A DNA stretch of 64,000 nucleotides from positions 145,518 through 209,517 of the forward strand of contig CAZPLB010000001.1 in NCBI GenBank assembly GCA_964587425.1. Direction: 5' to 3'. The notes beneath the pieces were generated by a model, which was given only the letters and a program-made list of their open reading frames with translations, was not told the origin of the DNA and did not search any database. Shown here piece by piece: positions 29,533 to 38,973 of this stretch (its first letter is position 1; every line of letters starts with the position of its first letter). The stretch is from an uncultured Gammaproteobacteria bacterium. GTDB taxonomy: Bacteria > Patescibacteriota > Microgenomatia > UBA8517. Made by a program: the position numbers and the translations under genes.

Positions 29533-30149
29533 TTGTTGCTGTATGGAATAATAGCGGTGTAATTTAGTATAAAGTCTTTACTTTCGATTGCTTCGTTTAA
29601 AATTTCACTTACAGTTTGAGGGGAGGCTGGACGTAAAAGATTTTCTACGTCTTTTGCGAAGTCTGAAATTTCTTTGTACGAAGGGCTTTTTGCAGATATT
29701 GAGATTTCAAAAGAATTTGAGGGCTGTTGGGTTTGATTTTGAGGTGTTACCAATGGTATTTCACCAGTTTTTGTACTTGTAATTACTACATTATCTTTTA
29801 GGGCTATTCCTTCAATTTGTCTAACATAGCTTTCTGGTTCGGCACTACTTGGTATTGCTTTATTAAGTAGATCTATATTTTCCCTTTGTTCCTGCAGCAA
29901 GTTTTGTGCAATTGCTAGGTTATTTGCTTTTTCTGTTAGTTCTTGCAGTGTTCCTTTTTTTGCATTTATCTCAGTTAAAAGTGTTCCTACGGTTACAAGT
30001 GTTGGACGAATTGCAAAGATTGCAAAGAGAGTAATTGTAAATATAGATAGTAGTAGTTCAAGATATGCTTTTATATCCGGCCTTGTTTGATAGAGGGCAG
30101 CAATGTCCAGTAAATATTTTTGATATGTTGTTTTAGGTTTAGTTGCCAT
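29529..30149 (-). CDS. pilO: Type IV pilus alignment protein PilO-like
   Basis: TM (FAIRPT), coiled coil, LLNKAIPS, ferredoxin-like C-terminus; follows pilN. Confidence 0.72.
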   Translation of the reverse strand: MATKPKTTYQKYLLDIAALYQTRPDIKAYLELLLSIFTITLFAIFAIRPTLVTVGTLLTEINAKKGTLQELTEKANNLAIAQNLLQEQRENIDLLNKAIPSSAEPESYVRQIEGIALKDNVVITSTKTGEIPLVTPQNQTQQPSNSFEISISAKSPSYKEISDFAKDVENLLRPASPQTVSEILNEAIESKDFILNYTAIIPYSNK

Positions 30150-30696
30150 TTTGAATAATTACGTTTGTGTTTAGAGAGAATCCAATTCCCGTTTCGTCAG
30201 CTTTCTTTTCAATTCTAGTAAGTTTTATGTTTTGAAAGCTATTTGTATTTTCAAGGTTTGCAATTAACTGCACTGCATCTTTTTCGCTTTGAGCTTTGGC
30301 TTGTATTTGCAGGTTATTGCCTTTGAGGAGAATATTTTCGAGTACTACTTCTGGAGGGAGGTTTGATGTAATTTTTTGAGTTATAGATGAAATTTTTGGA
30401 CCGCTTGTAAATTGACTGAAGATTGATAGTTTTGCTTGGGTTAACCTGAATTCATCTTCTATAGATTTATATGAACCTACAATTACTCTTTCTTGATTTA
30501 TGGAATCTGTTAAATCATTATTTTGCGCATCCAACCAAAAGCGGGAAAGGAAGGCAAGCATGACAATCATTTCAGTTGAAATAACTATCATTCTGAAAGT
30601 ACCAAGTAGCCACTTCAGGGTTCTTCCAAGAGTAGAGGCTTGGAATTCTTCTTGGGGTAAAAGATTAATTTCAGTAGGCAGTTTATTTTTAGCCAT
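30139..30696 (-). CDS. pilN: Type IV pilus alignment protein PilN-like
   Basis: INLLP motif, TM, coiled coil, LPPEVVL..., LENTNSFQNI. Confidence 0.82.
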   Translation of the reverse strand: MAKNKLPTEINLLPQEEFQASTLGRTLKWLLGTFRMIVISTEMIVMLAFLSRFWLDAQNNDLTDSINQERVIVGSYKSIEDEFRLTQAKLSIFSQFTSGPKISSITQKITSNLPPEVVLENILLKGNNLQIQAKAQSEKDAVQLIANLENTNSFQNIKLTRIEKKADETGIGFSLNTNVIIQNGN

Positions 30697-30748
30697 GGCA
30701 GATAGATTGAGCTATTTCATAGTAGCATATGAAAGATTGTGAAAGAAG

Positions 30749-31354
30749 TTAATTTGTGAACTTGAAAGTGGAGAGGATTTGATTGAAGATTTTAAGATCT
30801 TCGGATTTGATTGGTTGAATCGTATTCTGGTCATATGTTAAAGATTGATTTGGAGTTAAAAATGGAGTTAATGCTTGTATGGAAAAAACAAAATATTTGT
30901 TTTGTAGCTTCACTTCGTAAGTAATATATTTTTGTGGAATATTGCCCCCAACAGATCCGATATAACCCGATATTTTTACTGCTGGTTTTCCTCCGAGAGT
31001 AGTGTTTTCTTGAGATTCAACAAATGGGCAGTCGCCTTGGCAAGATAAAAATGAGGTGGAATTGTATCTCCATGTAATATTCCCGTTGAGGTAGGGTGTG
31101 ACGTAAGAATTAGTGTCTAGGTTATAATTTTCCGGATACTTGAAATTATAGATGTCGCCTGAGTATGTTTTCCAGTTGATTGTTAGGTTTTGGGTTGGAG
31201 AAGCAGATGGAGATGAATATGAAATTGGCGTTGGAGTCGGGAGATAATTCACAGTTCCATTTTTCTTTCCCAAGTAAAAAGCACCGGCGATGGCTACTAT
31301 TATTAAAACTACAACTAAAATTAGGATTGGTGTAAAACCTTTATTTTTGTTCAT
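30749..31354 (-). CDS. Pilin-like (G|FTP) exported protein with PsbP-like domain
   Basis: MNKNKGFTPILILVV, PT linker, WKTY..YNFKYP, ends FNQILSTFKFTN. Confidence 0.7.
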   Translation of the reverse strand: MNKNKGFTPILILVVVLIIVAIAGAFYLGKKNGTVNYLPTPTPISYSSPSASPTQNLTINWKTYSGDIYNFKYPENYNLDTNSYVTPYLNGNITWRYNSTSFLSCQGDCPFVESQENTTLGGKPAVKISGYIGSVGGNIPQKYITYEVKLQNKYFVFSIQALTPFLTPNQSLTYDQNTIQPIKSEDLKIFNQILSTFKFTN

Positions 31355-32052
31355 TGGGTGAATTTGAGAGTAGAAACTATATCATCCATCTCGCGTATGC
31401 TTGCGTAATCTAGATTTTTATTCTGTATATTTTGTGCGGTGAAATTTTTTGAGTAATAAGTTATTGTTACGTTTTTATATGAGAATGTGTATTGGTATGT
31501 TGAATTGGCACCAAAAAATATTGGTTGGGGATGGGGGTCTGGTTCGTCTCCTCCAGACCAGTATTTTCCGTTTTCTAGGTTGAGTCTATATGCAGGAGAT
31601 TCGAATGCTTTTATGGCACGATAGTCTGTTGTATTTACTCCGTTTACTCCACCGGTTGGTTGATCTTTTTGAAAATTTATTTCTATTTCCCAGTCTGAAT
31701 TTTTGCTTAACCTTATGATATCAACATTTCCATACTGTGCACTGACTGTGTAATGGCCAGGATCGTTGGCAACCTCTCCTTTTTTAACCGTTTTTGTTGT
31801 TAAGATCCAGGGAGTTGGATATTGAAAATTAAAATTATTTGGGCTTGTGTAAGTTTTCAAGTTTGCTGTTGGATTTAGGGTCGGTGAAATTGAAATAGTT
31901 GGAGATGGATTTGGATACGATATTGGAGTGGAAGTTGGGGAATACACAACTGTTCCTTTTTTTGTTCCTAGGTAAAATGCTCCTGCAATGGCTGCAAGAA
32001 TTAAAACTACAACTAAGATTATGATTGGTGTAAAACCTTTGCGGTTTGGCAT
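31351..32052 (-). CDS. Pilin-like (G|FTP) exported protein, paralog
   Basis: MPNRKGFTPIIILVV, PT linker, LKTY..FNFQYP, ends DIVSTLKFTQ. Confidence 0.7.
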   Translation of the reverse strand: MPNRKGFTPIIILVVVLILAAIAGAFYLGTKKGTVVYSPTSTPISYPNPSPTISISPTLNPTANLKTYTSPNNFNFQYPTPWILTTKTVKKGEVANDPGHYTVSAQYGNVDIIRLSKNSDWEIEINFQKDQPTGGVNGVNTTDYRAIKAFESPAYRLNLENGKYWSGGDEPDPHPQPIFFGANSTYQYTFSYKNVTITYYSKNFTAQNIQNKNLDYASIREMDDIVSTLKFTQ

Positions 32053-32345
32053 TACTTAGACTTTAGCACCTTTTTCTTTTTAGGTGCAACTGTCTTTTTG
32101 GCTGATTTTTCTGGTTTTGCTAGTTTTGCAAGCATGCTTTTTATTCTTGCAGCTTTATTTTTGTGAATGGTATGCTTTTTGGCTGCACGATCGGCAAGAG
32201 AAAGCGCCTTTTTAATGGTTGCTACTGTTTTTGTTTTTTTTGCTTGTCGAACTGCAACCTCAAGTGAGGTTATAATTTTTTTGTTGACAAGGGCTTTTCG
32301 GGCTGATCCTCTAAGAGCTCTTTTGGCTGTATACGTAACTGGCAT
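32052..32345 (-). CDS. rpsT: 30S ribosomal protein S20
   Basis: AKRALRGS, DRAAKKHTIHKNKAARIKS. Confidence 0.93.
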   Translation of the reverse strand: MPVTYTAKRALRGSARKALVNKKIITSLEVAVRQAKKTKTVATIKKALSLADRAAKKHTIHKNKAARIKSMLAKLAKPEKSAKKTVAPKKKKVLKSK

Positions 32346-32386
32346 GTTCGAATTATAATCGAACCAGGCTTAAATATCAAATAACT

Positions 32387-34063
32387 ATGAATGAAATATT
32401 TTCGAAGGGTAAAAAGATAATTCTTTCAGAGCAGACTTCGATTTTGTCTGCTGCATCTATTATTATGGTGATGACGATAGCATCCCAAATTTTGGGGCTA
32501 TTCCGTCAGCGCATTGTTCTTCACTTTTTTAATCCAACTGATTCAGCTCTTTTCTTTGCAGCTTTGAGGCTGCCAGAGCTTCTTTTTGAGGTTCTTGTTT
32601 TTGGAATGTTTTCTTCAGCTTTCATCCCTGTTTTTACTAAACTATTCAAGAAAAGCCATGATGAAGCCTGGGAGACTGCTGGACGAGTAGTTACTATTAG
32701 CTTACTTATTTTTGGAGTGTTTGCCATAGTGATGGGCATTTTTGCAGAAAGTATTTATGGAGCCGTTGCACCTGGGTTTAGCCATGAACAAATAAAGACA
32801 ATTGCTAATTTGGCTCGAATAATGTTTTTTGCTCAGGGAATTTTTATTGTGAGTTATGTTTTGACGAGCGTTTTGGAGAGCTTGAGGCGTTTTTTGATTC
32901 CGGCTTTGGCTCCATTACTATACAACTTGGGACTCATCATTGGGACTCTTACATTGAGCCCACATATTGGGCTAATGGGGCCTGCAGTTGGTGTGGTTAT
33001 TGGGGCACTCACGCATTTCTTGATTCAACTTCCTCTTGCTATGAAACTTGGTTTTAGATTTACGAAGAGTGTGAGACCAACTGAGGGAGTGAAAAGCATT
33101 GCGCATTTGGCTGCACCACGACTAGTGGATCTTTCATTTCAGCAAGTTGCTGAAACAACGGTACTGCATTTTGCATCCCTTATTTCAGCTGCTTCCTATA
33201 CCTACTTCACGCTCGCTAATTCATTGCAGCTTGCACCAGTTCGTCTTTTTGGTACCTCTTTGGCGAAGGCAGCTCTTCCAACTTTAACTCGCGAGAGCGA
33301 TGATCTTGAAAAATTCAAAGGGATACTATTCAAGACTTTGTATCAAATCTTTTTCCTCGTTGCACCAGTATCAGCAATGTTCATAGTTCTTCGAATTCCT
33401 GCAATTCGAATTTTCTTTGGAACCTCTATCTTTGACTGGAATTCAACTGTCGAGACTGGGATGGTTCTTACTGCTTTTGCTATTGGAATACCTTTTCAGA
33501 CTGGAGTCGCTATGCTTGCTCGTGCATTCTATGCAATTCATGACACTAGAACTCCAGTTATTATCTCTGTTATTGGGGATACTGTGGTTATTGTTGGTGA
33601 TTTTATCTTGGTCAAGGGATTTGGTCTTCCTTCCTGGGCACTTGCACTATCGTTTTCATTGGGAGCCTTTATTGAGACTATTGTTTTACTATTCCTTTTG
33701 AGACGAAGGCTTAATAACTTTTCGATATTGAAAATGACTTTTCCAATGCTCAAGACACTTTTTGCAACTTTGGCTTCAGGGGGAGTTATGTATTATTTAT
33801 TGAAGTTTTTTGATAAATGGGTGCCTGCAAGGATACCAAAACCAATTGCATTTGAAAACTTTGTACTAGATACAAGGTATACCGGCAACCTGATTATTTT
33901 GACCATTCTGGTTGGGCTTATGGGGTTAGCGGTTTATATAATAGTCTCCTTTATTCTGAGGTCTGAGGAACTGTATGCTATAGCTCGGGTTATTTGGAAA
34001 CGAAAACTTGCAATACTTCCAACAAAGAAAACAGAACCGCTTAACCCACTTGACAACATTTAG
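32387..34063 (+). CDS. murJ: Lipid II flippase MurJ
   Basis: SQILGLFRQ, FFAALRLPE, SSAFIPVF, RAFYAIHDTRTP. Confidence 0.92.
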   Translation: MNEIFSKGKKIILSEQTSILSAASIIMVMTIASQILGLFRQRIVLHFFNPTDSALFFAALRLPELLFEVLVFGMFSSAFIPVFTKLFKKSHDEAWETAGRVVTISLLIFGVFAIVMGIFAESIYGAVAPGFSHEQIKTIANLARIMFFAQGIFIVSYVLTSVLESLRRFLIPALAPLLYNLGLIIGTLTLSPHIGLMGPAVGVVIGALTHFLIQLPLAMKLGFRFTKSVRPTEGVKSIAHLAAPRLVDLSFQQVAETTVLHFASLISAASYTYFTLANSLQLAPVRLFGTSLAKAALPTLTRESDDLEKFKGILFKTLYQIFFLVAPVSAMFIVLRIPAIRIFFGTSIFDWNSTVETGMVLTAFAIGIPFQTGVAMLARAFYAIHDTRTPVIISVIGDTVVIVGDFILVKGFGLPSWALALSFSLGAFIETIVLLFLLRRRLNNFSILKMTFPMLKTLFATLASGGVMYYLLKFFDKWVPARIPKPIAFENFVLDTRYTGNLIILTILVGLMGLAVYIIVSFILRSEELYAIARVIWKRKLAILPTKKTEPLNPLDNI

Positions 34064-34086
34064 CACTCGTATTATATTAGTGCTAA
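34050..34086 (+). promoter_or_regulatory. hrcA promoter overlapped by a CIRCE operator
   Basis: TTGACA (34050-55), 17 nt, TATATT; TTAGCACTC-N9-TAGTGCTAA at 34060-34086. Confidence 0.9.
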
Positions 34087-34087
34087 G

Positions 34088-34813
34088 ATGACGCCTGGAC
34101 TTACTGCACGACAAACACTTCTTTTGAAGGCTATTGTGGATGAATATATAGCAACGGCTTTACCCGTTGGATCATCATCACTAGATCGCAAATATAATCT
34201 TGGTGTTTCGCCTGCAACCATTCGGGCTGAAATGGCTGAACTAACAAGTCTGAAGTATTTAAGGCAGCCGCACACCTCGAGCGGACGGGTTCCAACTCCA
34301 GCTGCAATGAAGTTTTACATTAACCAGTTGATGGAAGAGAAACACTTGGGGGTAGCCGAGGAAGTTCGGGCAAAAGAGGAAGTGTGGGATGCAAGGGGGG
34401 ATTTTGATCGGTTGATGAATGAGGCTACACAAGTTCTTGCTGAGAAGACACACTCTTTGGCCATAGCTGCGACAGATGATGGTGACATTTGGAAGGCTGG
34501 AATGAAAAATGTGTTTGATGACCCTGAGTTTAGTGACAATGATGTGTGTCATGATATTTTTTCGATGATTGAGGAGGCAAAACTCCTTCATGAACTTTTC
34601 TTTGAAAGATTAACGGGACTAGCGCCTGTTGAAATTCTTTTTGGACAAGAGATGGCTTGGCCAACATTGGGAGACGTTGGAGTGGTTGCGGCACAATTTA
34701 ATATCAAAGGCAAAAAAGGTGCGATTGGAGTAGTTGGACCATTTAGACGGTCGCCAAGCGTAATTCCAACTGTTCGCTATATTGGTGGACTGTTGCAGGA
34801 ACTAATGGCATAG
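34088..34813 (+). CDS. hrcA: Heat-inducible transcription repressor HrcA (short)
   Basis: IVDEYI..PVGS, VSPATIRAEM, QPHTSSGRVPT, GAIGVVGP. Confidence 0.95.
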   Translation: MTPGLTARQTLLLKAIVDEYIATALPVGSSSLDRKYNLGVSPATIRAEMAELTSLKYLRQPHTSSGRVPTPAAMKFYINQLMEEKHLGVAEEVRAKEEVWDARGDFDRLMNEATQVLAEKTHSLAIAATDDGDIWKAGMKNVFDDPEFSDNDVCHDIFSMIEEAKLLHELFFERLTGLAPVEILFGQEMAWPTLGDVGVVAAQFNIKGKKGAIGVVGPFRRSPSVIPTVRYIGGLLQELMA

Positions 34814-34843
34814 CCTCACGGTTTGTAATATATAAAAAAAATT

Positions 34844-35320
34844 ATGGTAAAGAAAACAAAAGTAAAAAGAGAAAGTAAACAGGAGGAGACTCAGAAACCG
34901 GAAGTTTCTGATGTTGAGGTTATTCAACTTAAGAATCAATTGGTTCGAGCACTTGCTGACTATGATAATTTAATTAAAAGAACAGAGCAGGAAAAGATGA
35001 CTTGGGTTAAGTTTTCTACTCAAAAATTGGTTCAGGATTTACTGCCCGTTTTAGATACTTTCGAGCATGCACAGGAACATACCAAGGATCCAGGGCTTGG
35101 GATTGCAATTAGTCAATTCAAAGAGGTATTGAAAAATGAGGGACTAACTGAGATTAGGCCGAATGTTGGGGATGTTTTTGATGAAAACCTTCATGAAGTA
35201 GTTGATGTTATTCAGGGAGTGGATGATGGAAAAATTGCTGAGGTTATATCATCTGGGTGGAAATTTATTGATGGCATGGTAGTGAGACATGCTAAGGTTA
35301 AGGTGTTCAAGAAAGCTTAA
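34844..35320 (+). CDS. grpE: Nucleotide exchange factor GrpE
   Basis: RALADYDNL, LLPVLDTFE, FDENLHE, VVRHAKVKV. Confidence 0.95.
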   Translation: MVKKTKVKRESKQEETQKPEVSDVEVIQLKNQLVRALADYDNLIKRTEQEKMTWVKFSTQKLVQDLLPVLDTFEHAQEHTKDPGLGIAISQFKEVLKNEGLTEIRPNVGDVFDENLHEVVDVIQGVDDGKIAEVISSGWKFIDGMVVRHAKVKVFKKA

Positions 35321-35344
35321 AAACTTTTTGATAAGATCTAGATT

Positions 35345-35857
35345 ATGGAGTACAAATTCGAAAGACAAATAGAGACGCCAGAGGAAACTATTAATGCTTA
35401 TTTGGCTAGATTGGATATTATTTGGGATTTTTATAAAAAGGATGGAAAGTTGGATAGTTTTAGTCCAGATGAGGTGAATATTCTATCTAGACTTACTAGA
35501 TTTGAAGTTGCGAGTGTCGCTTCTTTGGATAGTTCGTTGACGACTGAAGTAACTGGTATTGATAAAAAAACTGAAGAAGAGAGAATGAAAGATTGGAGTA
35601 AGGGACAGAAAAATGCCGTTGCCATCCGCATGAATTATTTGAGCGATTTGGTTTTGGGTTGGAAGCTTGTTCCGTGGAAAGATGCACAAGAAAAACTTGT
35701 TCAAAGTGGATTGAAATTGAAGATTGTTACTCGCGATCCAGATCCGAGGTTTGAAAGGAAAGCTGACCCGCATGAAGTAAAAGGGGGTTCGAGTACTCTT
35801 GGACGGCTTGGCGGTACAAACCCAATAACTTGGGAAGATGATAGTGGACGAAGGTAA
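35345..35857 (+). CDS. Hypothetical protein (orphan in the heat-shock locus)
   Basis: 170-aa ORF with TAAGAT 7 nt upstream. Confidence 0.6.
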   Translation: MEYKFERQIETPEETINAYLARLDIIWDFYKKDGKLDSFSPDEVNILSRLTRFEVASVASLDSSLTTEVTGIDKKTEEERMKDWSKGQKNAVAIRMNYLSDLVLGWKLVPWKDAQEKLVQSGLKLKIVTRDPDPRFERKADPHEVKGGSSTLGRLGGTNPITWEDDSGRR

Positions 35858-35890
35858 AAGTTTACAAAAACGAAGAGGTTAAAAAGCCTC

Positions 35891-35928
35891 TTGACAAACT
35901 TTTGGCAGTCGTTGTATATTAGTGCTAA
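35891..35928 (+). promoter_or_regulatory. Second CIRCE-overlapped promoter
   Basis: TTGACA 35891-96; TTGGCAGTC-N9-TAGTGCTAA at 35902-35928. Confidence 0.85.
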
Positions 35929-35937
35929 TAAAGGTAT

Positions 35938-36282
35938 ATGAAAGAAGGCGTTGTAGTTATTCCTAAAGATTTGGTTGATAGTGGGATTGCAAGTTGGAAA
36001 GCGGCAAGAGAAACAAATAAAATAAAAGATACTACAAGACCGGAAGTTTATAGAGCGATTGGGAGATTTGTAACAGAACTTGTAGTACCAGGAATTTATG
36101 TAGAGGAGGGAGAAGTTTTAATACATTCAGAGGACTGGTATATTAATGGAAGTGAAAAACAAAGAAAGTTTTACGAGATAATAGATGGATTGAGTGCGAG
36201 TGAGACGTCTAAAATGATAAGTGTTGGTAAGACTATTGCACGGAGGTTAGCTAAAGAGATTTTAAAAGGAGAAATTAAATAA
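35938..36282 (+). CDS. Hypothetical protein between CIRCE and dnaK
   Basis: 114-aa ORF ending 1 nt before the dnaK start. Confidence 0.6.
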   Translation: MKEGVVVIPKDLVDSGIASWKAARETNKIKDTTRPEVYRAIGRFVTELVVPGIYVEEGEVLIHSEDWYINGSEKQRKFYEIIDGLSASETSKMISVGKTIARRLAKEILKGEIK

Positions 36283-36283
36283 T

Positions 36284-38194
36284 ATGTCAAAAATAATTGG
36301 AATAGATTTAGGAACTACAAACAGTTGTGTATCTGTGATGGAAGGGGGAAGACCAAAGGTCATTCCTGCAGGTGATACTGGACGTAACATTACTCCATCT
36401 GTGGTTGAACCATTAAAAAACCTTGTTGGAGATGTTGCAAAACGACAAATGGTTTTGAATCCCAAGAATACTATTTCATCTGCAAAACGTCTGATGGGAA
36501 GAAGATTTGAGGATTCTGAGGTTAAACGAACACAAGATATGGTTCCATATGAAATTGTGAAGGGTAAAAATGGAATGGCTGATATTAAAATTGGGGAGAA
36601 AGTCTTTACTCCACAGGAAATTGGGGCAAGAGTTTTGATGAAACTAAAGAAAGATGCAGAAGGGTATTTGGGAGAGAAGGTTGAAAAGGCTGTTATCACT
36701 GTTCCTGCTTACTTTGACGATGCTCAAAGGCAAGCTACAAAACAAGCTGGGGAGATTGCAGGACTCAAAGTAGAGCGCATTATTAATGAGCCAACTGCAG
36801 CTGCTTTGGCATATGGCTTGGACAAGAAAAATGCTCACAAAATTGTTGTATATGACTTGGGTGGAGGGACCTTTGATGTTTCTGTACTTGAACTTGGAGA
36901 GGGTGTATTTGAAGTAAAGGCAACAAATGGAGATACACACTTAGGAGGAGATGATTTTGACGCAATGATAGTTGACTACATTTGTGATGAATTCAAAAAA
37001 GAACACAGTGTTGACCTCAGAAAAGATTTGCAAGCACTTCAAAGAGTTCGCGATGCTGCTGAAAAGGCAAAAATTGAACTTTCTGCTGCGGAGGAAGTTG
37101 AAATTAACCAACCATACATTACTCAACAGGAAGGGCAGCCACTTCACTTGACCATGAAATTGACCAGAGCAAAGTTGGAGGGGTTAGTTTCAGAACTCAT
37201 TGAGAAAACAATGAAACCAGTTGAAGCTTGTTTGAAAGATGCAAAGCTTGATGCCCATGATATTGATGAGGTTGTTTTGGTTGGGGGTATGACCCGTATG
37301 CCCAAGGTTATTGAAACAGTCAAGAATTTCTTTGGTAAAGATCCAAACAAGAGTGTTAACCCAGATGAGGTTGTGGCAATTGGAGCTGCAATACAAGGGG
37401 GGATATTAGGGGGAGAAGTGAAAGATATTTTGTTACTTGATGTTACACCGCTTACTTTGGCAATTGAAACAATGGGAGCTGTTGCCACACCAATGATTCC
37501 AAGAAACACAACTGTACCAACAAGTAAAACTGAGATATTCTCAACAGCTGCTGACAATCAGACACAGGTTCAAATACATGTAACACAAGGGGAGAGGCCA
37601 ATGAGTGCGGACAACAAGACTCTTGGAACATTTACCCTTGATGGTATTCCACCTTCTCCACGCGGTGTTCCACAGATTGAAGTTACTTTTGATATGGATT
37701 CCAGTGGAATATTGAAAGTTACTGCAAAGGACAAAGCAACGGGGAAAACACAAAATATAACTATTACTGGTGCTGTGGGACTTTCTGATGATGAAGTGAA
37801 GCGCATGCAGGAAGAGGCTGAGAAACACAAGGAAGAGGATGAAAAGAAGGCAGATGAAGTGAAGACTAAGAATAATGCCGATGCAATGGTAGCTACGGCT
37901 GAAAAAGCATTAAAAGATGCGGGTGACAAGGCACCGGCTGATGTGAAGGAAAAAGTTGAAGAGAAAGTGAAAATACTGAAAGAGATGCTGGCAAAAGAAG
38001 GGGCAAGCAAGGATGAGATTGAAAATGCTACAAAAGAACTATCTGAAACCTTGAGTCAGGTTGGACAAGCTATGTATGGACAGCAAGGCGCAACTGAGGG
38101 AGCACAACCACAGGAAGGAACAGAAGAAAAGAAAGATGAGAGTAAGGCAACAGAAGACAAATCCAAGGCTGAAGAAGGACAGGTTGTTGAATAA
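36284..38194 (+). CDS. dnaK: Chaperone DnaK
   Basis: [35 protein letters not shown]; AAGGAG SD upstream. Confidence 0.99.
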   Translation: MSKIIGIDLGTTNSCVSVMEGGRPKVIPAGDTGRNITPSVVEPLKNLVGDVAKRQMVLNPKNTISSAKRLMGRRFEDSEVKRTQDMVPYEIVKGKNGMADIKIGEKVFTPQEIGARVLMKLKKDAEGYLGEKVEKAVITVPAYFDDAQRQATKQAGEIAGLKVERIINEPTAAALAYGLDKKNAHKIVVYDLGGGTFDVSVLELGEGVFEVKATNGDTHLGGDDFDAMIVDYICDEFKKEHSVDLRKDLQALQRVRDAAEKAKIELSAAEEVEINQPYITQQEGQPLHLTMKLTRAKLEGLVSELIEKTMKPVEACLKDAKLDAHDIDEVVLVGGMTRMPKVIETVKNFFGKDPNKSVNPDEVVAIGAAIQGGILGGEVKDILLLDVTPLTLAIETMGAVATPMIPRNTTVPTSKTEIFSTAADNQTQVQIHVTQGERPMSADNKTLGTFTLDGIPPSPRGVPQIEVTFDMDSSGILKVTAKDKATGKTQNITITGAVGLSDDEVKRMQEEAEKHKEEDEKKADEVKTKNNADAMVATAEKALKDAGDKAPADVKEKVEEKVKILKEMLAKEGASKDEIENATKELSETLSQVGQAMYGQQGATEGAQPQEGTEEKKDESKATEDKSKAEEGQVVE

Positions 38195-38219
38195 TCTACA
38201 AAATAGCCTATAATATGGT

Positions 38220-38525
38220 ATGTCAGAGTTTCCAAAGATAGACAAAGGAATTGCTGCAATTTATTTTGCAGAGGGATTTCTAACAGAAAGAGAGCGTTCT
38301 GATCGTGCCCGTTTTAGAGAGATAGCTCAATTGTTTCATGAATCCAGAGAACTACTTTTTCCAAATCCTGGTGGTCTTGATGGTATTGATGATGAGAGGT
38401 TGAGAACAGAATTTGCTGATGAAACAGCACAAGAATTTTGCTCAGAAGGTGCTAAAGCTGATGATAAGTGGAGAAAGATTTGGAAAGGTTTAATCGCTGC
38501 AGGCAGAGATTCTTTTCAAGAATGA
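38220..38525 (+). CDS. Hypothetical protein (orphan)
   Basis: 101-aa ORF, TATAAT 5 nt upstream, ATGA-coupled to the Nudix gene. Confidence 0.6.
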   Translation: MSEFPKIDKGIAAIYFAEGFLTERERSDRARFREIAQLFHESRELLFPNPGGLDGIDDERLRTEFADETAQEFCSEGAKADDKWRKIWKGLIAAGRDSFQE

Positions 38526-38926
38526 TAACTGGAGTTACATTTATCCTTCTAAAGCCAAATGGGCAGATTTTGATGCAGCTTCGTGATGATGGGAATGGAA
38601 AACAGATAAAGTATCCAAACATGTGGTGTTTTCCTGGTGGAGGAATTGAAAAGCACGAAAAACCAATTGAGGCTATTCTTCGTGAAATTGGGGAAGAATA
38701 TGAACAGAAAATTGATGAAAAACAGTGCAAGTTTTTGTGTATATATAAACATGATGGGGATATAAAAGATTGGGTTTTTGTGTGCAGGGTTACTGATGAT
38801 TTTAGTCCAACGTTAAATGAGGGAGCTGAGATGAAATGGATGGATTTAAGTGAAATAGAAAAACTGAAACTAGCATGGGAACAAGATTTGATTTTAGATA
38901 GACTTAGGAAGTACTTGGCAGTTTAG
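38522..38926 (+). CDS. Nudix hydrolase
   Basis: Nudix box GGGIEKHEKPIEAILREIGEE, LMQLRDD, YPNMW. Confidence 0.9.
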   Translation: MITGVTFILLKPNGQILMQLRDDGNGKQIKYPNMWCFPGGGIEKHEKPIEAILREIGEEYEQKIDEKQCKFLCIYKHDGDIKDWVFVCRVTDDFSPTLNEGAEMKWMDLSEIEKLKLAWEQDLILDRLRKYLAV

Positions 38927-38941
38927 TTAATTGAGTGCTTA
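38915..38941 (+). promoter_or_regulatory. Degenerate CIRCE upstream of dnaJ
   Basis: TTGGCAGTT-N9-GAGTGCTTA. Confidence 0.6.
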
Positions 38942-38973
38942 ACAACTTCAGGATAAACTGGTAAAATTCACAT

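Noticed and set aside
35873-35892. AAGAGGT/GCCTCTT hairpin before CIRCE 2
   Set aside because: No U tract and it overlaps the -35 box; cannot be called a terminator with confidence.
37570-38010. Long antisense ORFs (also 43040-43603, 46038-46574, 60583-61143, 26016-26504)
   Set aside because: Shadows of well-supported genes on the opposite strand; no recognisable motifs.
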